Below the pieces are notes generated by a model, which did no database searches, had not been told where the DNA came from, and saw only the letters and a program-made list of their open reading frames with translations. A DNA stretch of 64,000 nucleotides, taken from NCBI GenBank assembly GCA_963815965.1, contig CAWFIT010000012.1:83740-147739 (forward strand). Direction: 5' to 3'. The position numbers were made by a program, and so were the translations under genes. How positions within the stretch are numbered: the first letter of the stretch is position 1; every line of letters starts with the position of its first letter. This DNA is from an uncultured Actinomycetes bacterium (GTDB taxonomy: Bacteria; Actinomycetota; Thermoleophilia; Gaiellales; Gaiellaceae). Shown here one piece after another: positions 9,690 to 17,212 of the stretch.

Positions 9690-10889
9690 TCAGCGAAGCG
9701 CCTTGAATGCCGCTCGTACCTCGGTCGCGAAGAGCTCCGGCTCCTCCCAGGCGGCGAAGTGGCCGCCCTTGTCGACCTCGTTGAAGTACGCGAGCGTCGG
9801 ATAGGCGGCCTCGACCCAGGTGCGCGGGCTCCGCCAGATCTCGCCGGGGAACGTCGTGAAGCCGACCGGGATCTTGACCTCCGGAGGAGCCTGGCCGGCC
9901 GCCTGCGCTGCTGCAGCGGCTTGTCCGTTCTCCCAGTACGAACGGGCCGCCGAAGCCCCGGTGCCCGTCAGCCAGTACGCCGTGATGTTGTCGAGGATGT
10001 TGTCGCGAGTGAGATTGCCCGACGGCTCCCCGCCGCCGAAGGCGCCGGCGATCTTGTAGTAGGCGTCCGTGTCGTGGTCGAGCATCCAGGCGGCGAGAGC
10101 GACGGGTGAATCGAGCAGGGCGTAGCCGATCGTCTGCGGCCGCGTGGCCATCTCCAGGAAGTAGCCGAACCCGGACGCCCTGAACGTTGCGATCGCGTCG
10201 AGCGCGGCACGTTCCTCCTCGGTGTCCCCGGGCATGGGGCTCCCGGCCAGGATCGTCACGAGCAAGTTCGTGTGGATGCCGAGCAGCCCGTCGGGTGCCT
10301 GGCGGCCCATCGCATCGGTGACCGACGCGCCGACGTCGCCGCCCTGGGCGACGTAGCGGGCGTAGCCGAGGCGGCGCATCAACTCCGCCCAGGCTTTCGC
10401 GATGCGGCCCACGTTCCAGCCAATCTCGGCCGGCTCGCCTGAGAAGCCGTAGCCGGGCAGGGAGGGCAGCACGAGGTGGAACGCGTCCTCGGCGCTGCCG
10501 CCGTGCGCGGTCGGGTCGGTGAGCGGGCCGACCGAGTCCAGCAGCTCGATCACCGAACCGGGCCAGCCGTGCGTCATGACCAGCGGCAGCGCGTCGTCGT
10601 GCTGCGACTTGACGTGGATGAAGTGGATCTCGACGCCGTCGATCTCGGTTGTGAACTGCGGCAGCGCGTTCAGCCGCGTCTCGATCCTCCCGAAGTCGTA
10701 ATCCTCGGCCCAGTAGCGGGCGAGCTCACGCAGCGGCGCGAGCTGCACGCCCTGCGACCGATCCGCGACGAGCTCCTTGGTGGGCCAGCGCGTCGCGGCG
10801 ATGCGCCGGCGCAGGTCGTCGATCTTCTCCTTTGCAATCTCGACCTGGAACGGCCGGATCTCGGTTGCGGTCTCGACGGTGGTGCTCAT
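9690..10889 (-). CDS. epoxide hydrolase (alpha/beta hydrolase with EHN N-terminal domain)
   Basis: SD AAGGAGG before ATG 10889. IRPFQVEIAKEKIDDLRRRIAATRWP, LPLVMTHGWPGSVIELL and GGDVGA nucleophile region, C-terminal NEVDKGGHFAAWEEPELF. Confidence 0.85.
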   Translation of the reverse strand: MSTTVETATEIRPFQVEIAKEKIDDLRRRIAATRWPTKELVADRSQGVQLAPLRELARYWAEDYDFGRIETRLNALPQFTTEIDGVEIHFIHVKSQHDDALPLVMTHGWPGSVIELLDSVGPLTDPTAHGGSAEDAFHLVLPSLPGYGFSGEPAEIGWNVGRIAKAWAELMRRLGYARYVAQGGDVGASVTDAMGRQAPDGLLGIHTNLLVTILAGSPMPGDTEEERAALDAIATFRASGFGYFLEMATRPQTIGYALLDSPVALAAWMLDHDTDAYYKIAGAFGGGEPSGNLTRDNILDNITAYWLTGTGASAARSYWENGQAAAAAQAAGQAPPEVKIPVGFTTFPGEIWRSPRTWVEAAYPTLAYFNEVDKGGHFAAWEEPELFATEVRAAFKALR

Positions 10890-10932
10890 GACGACCTCCT
10901 TCGTTTGTTGGCACACCGATCAACGCAATGAC

Positions 10933-11085
10933 CTAGAGGCGGCGAACCTCGGTGGTGACGAGTTCCGGCTCCTGCCAGGCCGCGAAGTGATTTGCCTCGT
11001 CGACTTCGTTGAAGTAAATGAGGTTTCGGGTAGGCCTGATCAGTCCAGCTACGGGGCGCCCGATAGAGCTCTCGCGACAAGACGC
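10933..11085 (-). pseudogene. remnant: C-terminal ~45 codons of a second epoxide hydrolase paralog (5'-truncated, one frame break)
   Basis: Minus-strand translation gives ELYRAPRSWTDQAYP / NLIYFNEVDEANHFAAWQEPELVTTEVRRL-stop (TAG at 10933-10935). This parallels EIWRSPRTWVEAAYPTLAYFNEVDKGGHFAAWEEPELFATEV of the intact neighbour. There is no upstream body. Confidence 0.55.
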
Positions 11086-11106
11086 TCACGGCAGCCGGAA
11101 CCGTAA

Positions 11107-11244
11107 CTCCTGTTGCCTCTGGGTGCGGCCCCGCGCACCGTGGAGTGGCACCTGCACAAGGTCTTCATGAAGCTCGACATCAGTCCACGACGAGACCTCC
11201 GCAGTGCGCTCCCGCGCGCCGAGTGCGTGCCGCCGCTGGTCTAA
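11107..11244 (+). pseudogene. remnant: C-terminal LuxR-type HTH fragment (5'-truncated)
   Basis: Translation PLGAAPRTVEWHLHKVFMKLDISPRRDLRSALPRAECVPPLV-stop is the recognition helix and tail of a LuxR/GerE HTH. No start codon or N-terminal part is present. It abuts the epoxide-hydrolase remnant. Confidence 0.5.
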
Positions 11245-11250
11245 TACGCC

Positions 11251-11763
11251 TTGCTTGCCGTGACGAACGCGACTTTGGAGCAACGAGCGACACCCCTGCC
11301 GGTTGGAACGCAGGCGCCGGAGTTCACGCTCTCCTCGACCCCGAACCAGAAGATCTCGCTGTCCGACTTTCGCGGGCAGCCCACAATCCTTGTCTTCTAC
11401 CCAGAGGACTGGAGCCCCGTTTGCTCCGATCAGTTGGCGCTCTACCAGGAACTGCTACCGGAGTTCCAGAAGTTCAACGCCCAGCTGTTGGCGATCTCGG
11501 TCGACGGCGTCTGGTCTCACCTCGCGTTCGCGAACGATCGACATCTCCGATTCCCGTTGCTCGCCGACTTCGAGCCCAAGGGAAAGGTCGCGAGGACGTA
11601 CGGCGTCTACCGGCACGAGGACGGCACGAGCGAACGTGCCCTTTACGTGATCGACCGCGACGGGGTGGTGCGCTGGAGCTATGTGTCGCCCGTCGGGATC
11701 AATCCCGGAGCCGACGGGATCCTTCGCGCCCTCGAAAACCTCGGAACGGAGGTGAGCTCATGA
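11251..11763 (+). CDS. peroxiredoxin (AhpC/TSA-Bcp type)
   Basis: Intact. PVGTQAPEFTLSSTPNQKISLSDFRGQPTILVFYPEDWSPVCSDQL (peroxidatic Cys context), LLAISVDGVWSHLAF. TTG start at 11251, or GTG at 11260. Confidence 0.85.
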   Translation: MLAVTNATLEQRATPLPVGTQAPEFTLSSTPNQKISLSDFRGQPTILVFYPEDWSPVCSDQLALYQELLPEFQKFNAQLLAISVDGVWSHLAFANDRHLRFPLLADFEPKGKVARTYGVYRHEDGTSERALYVIDRDGVVRWSYVSPVGINPGADGILRALENLGTEVSS

Positions 11764-12314
11764 GGACACAGTGGGCCTCCGAACTGACACTGCCGGTCAG
11801 TGCGCAGCGGGACCACATCCAGGGGCCGGCGGACGCGCCGGTGACTCTCCTCGAGTACGGCGACTACGAGTGCCCGTACTGCGGCGCCGCCTATCCGATC
11901 ATCAAGCAGGTTCAGGCGCGAATGGGAGACCGACTCCGATTCGTCTTCCGCAACTTTCCTATCACGACCTCGCACCCGCACAGCGAGCACGCGGCGGAGG
12001 CGGCCGAGGCGGCGGCGACCCAGGGAAAGTTCTGGGAGATGCACGATCACCTCTACGAAAACCAGCAGCGGCTGACAGACCCCGACCTGCACGCGTATGC
12101 CGAGGAGGTCGGGCTCGACGTCGCGCGATTCGACCGCGACCTGGCCGAGCATGTCCCCGCCGACCGAGTTCACGAAGACTTCATGAGCGGAGTCCGCAGC
12201 GGCGTCAACGGCACGCCGAGCTTCTATGTCAACGGCGCCAAGTACGAGGGCAGTTATGCGGTCGACGATTTGGTCGCCGAGCTCGAGCGCGTCGCCTCGC
12301 TCTCGGACGGCTAG
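11760..12314 (+). CDS. DsbA-family thioredoxin-fold protein
   Basis: ATG 11760 overlaps the peroxiredoxin stop (ATGA). APVTLLEYGDYECPYCGAAYP (CPYC), FRNFPITTSHPHSEHAAEAAEAAATQGKFWEMHD, VNGTPSFYVNG. Confidence 0.8.
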   Translation: MRTQWASELTLPVSAQRDHIQGPADAPVTLLEYGDYECPYCGAAYPIIKQVQARMGDRLRFVFRNFPITTSHPHSEHAAEAAEAAATQGKFWEMHDHLYENQQRLTDPDLHAYAEEVGLDVARFDRDLAEHVPADRVHEDFMSGVRSGVNGTPSFYVNGAKYEGSYAVDDLVAELERVASLSDG

Positions 12315-12347
12315 GTACGTCTCGAACGCGCGAGGTACCTTCGTCGC

Positions 12348-13085
12348 GTGCGCGTGACGATTCTCGGGAGTGGGGGTGGCGCGCCGTCTTCGGCGCGCGA
12401 GACGAGTTGCGTGCTGGTACGCGACCGCGAGCGCGCACTGATCCTCGATGTCGGGACCGGCGCCCGTTGGCTGCTCGCCGACGCGGACCTTCTCGAAGGC
12501 GTCTTGCACGCCGACGTCGTCCTGACGCACTTCCACTTCGATCACGTCGCCGGTCTGCCGTACCTGCAGTTGCTCGCAACCAGGACGACGATCTGGGCGC
12601 CCGGCGCGTGGCTCTATGGGACGGCGAGTGCCGACGTCCTGGCGTCGTTACGAAGGCCGCCGATCTCTCCGAACGATGTCAGCGACGCTCCCGTGAAGGA
12701 GCTGCACGAGGGGAAACAGTCCATCGGTGGGTTCGACGTGCGCGCCGGCGCTCAGCCCCGCCACTGGGAGCCAAGCGTTGGTCTACGCGTCGACGATCAG
12801 CTTGCATACATCACCGACACGCCGTACGAGAGCTCCAGCGTCGAGCTAGCGCGCGGTGTCCGACATCTGCTCCACGAGGCATGGTCGATCTCGAGCGCGC
12901 CGAAGTCGGCGGACAAGGACGCGACCGCGGCTGACGCTGCACGCGTTGCACGCAAGGCCGACGTCGGGGATTTGACGCTCATTCACCTCAACCGGAACGT
13001 CGAGGACTTCGCGGGATTCCTCCAAGACGCGCAGGTGACCTTTGACCGTGTCGCCATCGGTGAAGACAAGATGGTGCTGACCTGA
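12348..13085 (+). CDS. MBL-fold metallo-hydrolase (RNase Z/PhnP-like)
   Basis: Intact 245 aa. MRVTILGSGGGAPS..SCVLV, HADVVLTHFHFDHVAGLPYL (HxHxDH), C-terminal LIHLN. Confidence 0.8.
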   Translation: MRVTILGSGGGAPSSARETSCVLVRDRERALILDVGTGARWLLADADLLEGVLHADVVLTHFHFDHVAGLPYLQLLATRTTIWAPGAWLYGTASADVLASLRRPPISPNDVSDAPVKELHEGKQSIGGFDVRAGAQPRHWEPSVGLRVDDQLAYITDTPYESSSVELARGVRHLLHEAWSISSAPKSADKDATAADAARVARKADVGDLTLIHLNRNVEDFAGFLQDAQVTFDRVAIGEDKMVLT

Positions 13086-13086
13086 G

Positions 13087-13707
13087 TCATGCCGCGGCCT
13101 CGACGGACCAGATCAGCAGATCGAGGATTCGCACCTCGCTGACCTCGTAGCTGCGCCTCGCGAGCTCTCGTCGGACAGTTCGCACCGCCGCCCGATTGCG
13201 GTCCAGGTCGCGTTTGTAACCGCGTACGAGCCCGAGCGCGCGCTCTCCGAACGGAGCCTGCGCTCCGGGGTCGTCACTCTCCAGGTACTTCTGGACGACG
13301 CTGTCGAGCATGGGGATCAGCGCCGGGCGCTTTCGGTGCAGCGCCTTCGTCATCTTCGAGAAGCCGACCCCTCGGATGTCCGCGAACGAGTCGAAGAGCT
13401 GCCTCAGCGGCAGCCACGGTACTGAGCTCGCGGCTCCTGCGAGCGAAGCATCGGGCGCGACCGCCCGTAAGGCTCGCTCGATCGCGCGGCGCCGCTCGAG
13501 GACGGCCGCGATCTCGGCCGCTGAGATGCGCGCGCCGCCGCGGTTCGCCAGCCTGAGATCCGACTCGCCGAACGACGCCGGATCCGAAGCGTCGCCGACG
13601 TCATACGCCCAGCCCGCCTCTAGGAAGCCGAGCACGACCCTCAGCGGATCCTCGATGTCGACGCCGTTCCGTAGGACGACGGGACGGATCGAACTCGTCG
13701 TCACCAT
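13087..13707 (-). CDS. conserved hypothetical protein (DUF6308-like, from memory)
   Basis: Intact 206 aa. IRGVGFSKMTKALHRKRPALIPMLDSVV is the motif I associate with the actinobacterial DUF6308 family. Its ATG overlaps the upstream L,D-transpeptidase stop by 1 nt (TGATG). Confidence 0.6.
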   Translation of the reverse strand: MVTTSSIRPVVLRNGVDIEDPLRVVLGFLEAGWAYDVGDASDPASFGESDLRLANRGGARISAAEIAAVLERRRAIERALRAVAPDASLAGAASSVPWLPLRQLFDSFADIRGVGFSKMTKALHRKRPALIPMLDSVVQKYLESDDPGAQAPFGERALGLVRGYKRDLDRNRAAVRTVRRELARRSYEVSEVRILDLLIWSVEAAA

Positions 13708-14795
13708 CAGGACCGGGCGATTACCTTCACGGGCATGCCGACCGTCGCGAACTCATATGTCCAGCGGGCCACGGCCACTGATTGGCGCACGCAGCCGTGG
13801 GAGGCGGGGAACGCCGGCACGTCCTGGAACTCGTGGAAGGCAATGCCACCGACGAACGGGAGTGCCCAGGGAAGCCACTCGCGGAATGGGACCGACCACC
13901 ACCGCGGAATCTTCGCGTAGACGCTGTAGTCGCCGGGTGGGGTCGGCGTCGACGGTTTCCCGCTCGACACGGCGATCGTCCGCACGACCCGGTTATCTTC
14001 GATCAGGAGCGCCACCTGGCGGTCAATCAGGATCTCCGCGCGCTTGCCGGCACTGCCTCTCGTGAGCGGAGACGGATGTGCGGCGCTCATCAGGCGTGCG
14101 CTGGTTTGTTTGTCGAGGAGTCCTGTCCTTCCGAGCCGTTCCCACTTCTGGAACGCGAGGACCGCGTTCTGGGTCGCAGGCCCGAGACGGCCGTCGTCGT
14201 CGCCGCGCACCAGGTAGCCGAGTGCGATCAGGCTCCGCTGCAACGCCTTGACGGCAGGGTCGGGCGCGCGCAGCTTCTCCTCCGGCGGCTTCGGGACCGG
14301 TACGTCGGGGGTTTGGAGGATGCGCATGGTGACGGGACGGTTCATCGCGATGCGCGGGAACTCGGCGACGGGGGGCTTGCCGTACACCAGGAGCCGGACC
14401 GCGGTCGTACCCGGGAGCGCGGTGAGCGTGCGGACGATCTGCGAGAGCCCGGCCAGCCGATTGCCCGCGTCGCGCACGGAGCCGAAGTGCGCCTTGAGAT
14501 CGACCGTGGCGACGCCGTGCGAGACCTTGACGGACCGCACGCGTGTCCCCCGAGGAAGGTACGTGCGAAAGCCAAGCGTCATTTCCGCGCGCGTCGGTCC
14601 GGTGACGAGCTGTTGCATCGCCTCGGCGGGAGTCGCGCCGGGCCGCTTCACCTGCGCGAGCTGCTCGCCCCGCAGGAAGTAGACGGAGAGCTGAGCCTGC
14701 GGAGCGGTTGCCGAGGCCGGTCCAAGTGGCGCGAGGACCGCGGCGATGGTGGCGAGCGCGATTGCCGCGAGCGGTCTGAACGGCCAGGACGTCAC
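13707..14795 (-). CDS. secreted L,D-transpeptidase (GerMN-like + PG_binding_1 + YkuD domains)
   Basis: Signal peptide MTSWPFRPLAAIALATIAAVLAPLGPASA. Sporulation/germination-like LSVYFLRGEQLA..VATVDL. PG-binding VKALQRSLIALGYLVRGDDDGRLGPATQNAVLAFQ. YkuD catalytic AFHEF..ASHGCVRQ. Confidence 0.85.
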   Translation of the reverse strand: MTSWPFRPLAAIALATIAAVLAPLGPASATAPQAQLSVYFLRGEQLAQVKRPGATPAEAMQQLVTGPTRAEMTLGFRTYLPRGTRVRSVKVSHGVATVDLKAHFGSVRDAGNRLAGLSQIVRTLTALPGTTAVRLLVYGKPPVAEFPRIAMNRPVTMRILQTPDVPVPKPPEEKLRAPDPAVKALQRSLIALGYLVRGDDDGRLGPATQNAVLAFQKWERLGRTGLLDKQTSARLMSAAHPSPLTRGSAGKRAEILIDRQVALLIEDNRVVRTIAVSSGKPSTPTPPGDYSVYAKIPRWWSVPFREWLPWALPFVGGIAFHEFQDVPAFPASHGCVRQSVAVARWTYEFATVGMPVKVIARS

Positions 14796-14883
14796 AGGGA
14801 ATCTTTGCGCAACCCGTGTTGCGTCGACGTGAGACCGACGAGCGACGATCGCAGCGGAGCCGCCCCGTGCGACTAATTCGTGC

Positions 14884-15579
14884 TTACGGGCCCTCGTATT
14901 CGTCGTGACGGCGCCACCACTCGTACGGCTTCGTCTGCGGGTACTCCGCGGGTGAGTCCTCCCATTCCTCCTGGCGGCCCAGCGGTGTCACGTCGAGGAA
15001 GGTCCACACGCTTCCGAGCGCCTCGACGCCCCGTGTCGTCGTGAAGTACGTGCGAAAGACGCTGTCGCCGTCACGCAGGAATACGCTGAGGCCGAACGTC
15101 TCGCCGTCCTGGTAGACGTCGGGCTGCGGCGTCTCCGGCCCGACGCCGAAGTCGACGTTGAATTCGGTCTCGAACGACGAGTACCACGGGACCTTCCAGC
15201 CCATCCGCTTTCGGTACGCCTCGATCTTCGTCATCGGGGCGCGGGACACGAGCGCGAAGGACGTGTCGCGAGCGTGGAGGTGGGCGAGGTGGCCGATCTG
15301 GTCGACGAACATCGAACAGCCGTTGCAGCCCGCCTCCTGGTTCGGCCCGAACATGAAGTGGTAGAGGAGCAATTGCCTGCGCCCCTCGAAGAGGTCGAGC
15401 AGGCTCGCCTTGCCGTTCGGCCCGCCGAAGACGTAGTCCTTGTCCATACGGACCATCGGCAGCCTGCGACGCTTGGCGGCGAGCGCGTCGCGTGCCCGAG
15501 TGGCTTCCTTTTCGTCGGCAAGAAGCGCGTCCCGCGCTGCCTGCCACTCCGTCGCGGAGACGATCGGGGGAAGGTTCAC
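14884..15579 (-). CDS. DUF899-family thioredoxin-like protein
   Basis: WQAARDALLADEKEATRARDALAAKRRRLPMV..DKDYVFGGPNGKASLLDLFEGRRQLLLYHFMFGPNQEAGCNGCSMFVDQ..RMGWKVPWYSS. GTG 15579 overlaps the DUF2182 stop (GTGA). The 573-aa track ORF is a composite with shadow sequence. Confidence 0.8.
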   Translation of the reverse strand: MNLPPIVSATEWQAARDALLADEKEATRARDALAAKRRRLPMVRMDKDYVFGGPNGKASLLDLFEGRRQLLLYHFMFGPNQEAGCNGCSMFVDQIGHLAHLHARDTSFALVSRAPMTKIEAYRKRMGWKVPWYSSFETEFNVDFGVGPETPQPDVYQDGETFGLSVFLRDGDSVFRTYFTTTRGVEALGSVWTFLDVTPLGRQEEWEDSPAEYPQTKPYEWWRRHDEYEGP

Positions 15580-16313
15580 GGCGCTCCCATCTTCATAGAC
15601 GGCGCGCCACCCGGCTCCGTCAGTCTCGGAACGCTCGCGGGCGACACGGCGACCGAAAGCCCGAGAACGACCAGGGCGACCGCGAACACTGGTGCGAGCC
15701 GCGGCCCGCGTGGCAGGACCTTTTCCGCGAAGATCGCAACGGCGACCACCGCCATCCAGAAGAGGCTCATCACACCGAGGACGAACAGCACCGCCATCAG
15801 GGCGCCGGAACAGCCGACGCAGTCGAGGCCGTGCGCGAGACCGCTCCGCAAAGCGCCCCCGCCGTGTGGTGCGCTGCGGCAGCGACGGAGGCTGCGCCGC
15901 TTCAACGGCGTCAGCTCGTAGATCCCCGCGGCGACGATCACGCCACCCGCGACGTACGGGCCGCCTCGGTTCCACGCGAGCCAGCCCAGGTCGAACGCGG
16001 TCACGAGCCGGAAGAGGGCGTAGGCCACGACGCCGTATCCCGTCCAGACCGCCAGGTACCCGGCCGTGAAGAGCAGTGTCGGCACGCGGGGGGCAAGTCG
16101 TGCGACGTGCCGCGCAGCCGGCGCCGCCGAAGGCAGCATCATCGCGGCGGTCATCGTCACCCAGATTCCGAGATACCACCCGAGCCCGCCGAGGTCGGTG
16201 CCCGGGCCCGCGTCCATCCCGCGCATCCGATCGACCGTGACTGTCCACGCAACGACCGCGCCGGCGACCAGCACGACCGTCGTTCGGCTGCGAGCGATGA
16301 GGTTCTGCGTCAT
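15576..16313 (-). CDS. DUF2182-family predicted metal-binding integral membrane protein
   Basis: SD GGAAGGAGG before ATG 16313. About 6 TM segments, WVTMTAAMMLPSAAP motif, Cys cluster LRRCRSAPHGGGALRSGLAHGLDCVGCSGALM. Confidence 0.7.
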   Translation of the reverse strand: MTQNLIARSRTTVVLVAGAVVAWTVTVDRMRGMDAGPGTDLGGLGWYLGIWVTMTAAMMLPSAAPAARHVARLAPRVPTLLFTAGYLAVWTGYGVVAYALFRLVTAFDLGWLAWNRGGPYVAGGVIVAAGIYELTPLKRRSLRRCRSAPHGGGALRSGLAHGLDCVGCSGALMAVLFVLGVMSLFWMAVVAVAIFAEKVLPRGPRLAPVFAVALVVLGLSVAVSPASVPRLTEPGGAPSMKMGAP

Positions 16314-16435
16314 CCTGGCCTCCTTCCCGGTGCTCATCACGTCTAGACGTGCTGGAGGACGAAAACTCATCGGAAGCGATGAGTTTCCAGGTGGCCGTAG
16401 GTCTCATTTCCGAATCAACAGGGAAGGAGAACGAG

Positions 16436-17173
16436 ATGCCTGAGCACAGAACAGGAACCCGCGAGCAATGGCAGGCAGCCCGAGGCGAGCTCGCCAAGCT
16501 CGAGGCGGAGGAGGCCGAGCGAAACGAGGAGATCAAGAAAAAGCGTCTCGATCTCCCCTGGGTCCCGGTCGAGAAGCAGTACGAGTTCGACACCGAAGAC
16601 GGCAAGAAGTCCCTCGCCGAGCTCTTCGACGGGCGCTCACAGCTGCTCGCCTACAACGTCATGTTCGGCCCCGACTACACGCTCGGCGCCTGCCCCGGGT
16701 GCACGAGCCTGGCCGACGGTCTCGACGGCTCACTCGTCCACCTGAACCATCGCGACGTGACGCTGCTCTGCTTCTCGAGGGCGCCGATCGAGCGGCTGAC
16801 CGCCTACAAGCAGCGGATGGGATGGGAGTTCCCGTACGTCTCCACCTATAACAGCGACTTTGCTTTCGACTTCGGCCTCGCGCTGGCCGAGGAGCAGGCG
16901 CAGCAGATTCCCGAGGTGAAGCAAATGATCGACGATCCGCCCGACTGGCTCGAGGAGTGGTCAGGACAGATCGGGGCTGAGCTGAAGGACGGTCTGCGCG
17001 AGAACCCGAGCTGGATCGCCTTCGCGCGCGAGAACGGGACCGTCTACCACACGTACACGGTGTCGGCGCCCGACCCGTTCGTCGCGCCGTACTTCAGTTT
17101 CCTGCTCGAGCGAGCGCCGAAGGCCCAGCCCGTCGAGCCTCGCACGTGGCGGAAGGACGAATACCCGGATTGA
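16436..17173 (+). CDS. DUF899-family thioredoxin-like protein (paralog, divergent)
   Basis: SD GGGAAGGAGA before ATG 16436. REQWQAARGELAKLEAEEAERNEEIKKKRLDLPWV..EKQYEFDTEDGKKSLAELFDGRSQLLAYNVMFGPDYTLGACPGCTSLADG..RMGWEFPYVST. Confidence 0.8.
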   Translation: MPEHRTGTREQWQAARGELAKLEAEEAERNEEIKKKRLDLPWVPVEKQYEFDTEDGKKSLAELFDGRSQLLAYNVMFGPDYTLGACPGCTSLADGLDGSLVHLNHRDVTLLCFSRAPIERLTAYKQRMGWEFPYVSTYNSDFAFDFGLALAEEQAQQIPEVKQMIDDPPDWLEEWSGQIGAELKDGLRENPSWIAFARENGTVYHTYTVSAPDPFVAPYFSFLLERAPKAQPVEPRTWRKDEYPD

Positions 17174-17212
17174 CGCCTAGCGCCGACGGACGTGTAGGTG
17201 CACGATTGGGGT

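Noticed and set aside
14884-16605. 573-aa ORF as a single large protein
   Set aside because: Only the last 231 codons (DUF899) look like a protein. Upstream the frame runs through the DUF2182 gene in the wrong frame. A GTG start at 15579 with a GTGA overlap explains the locus.
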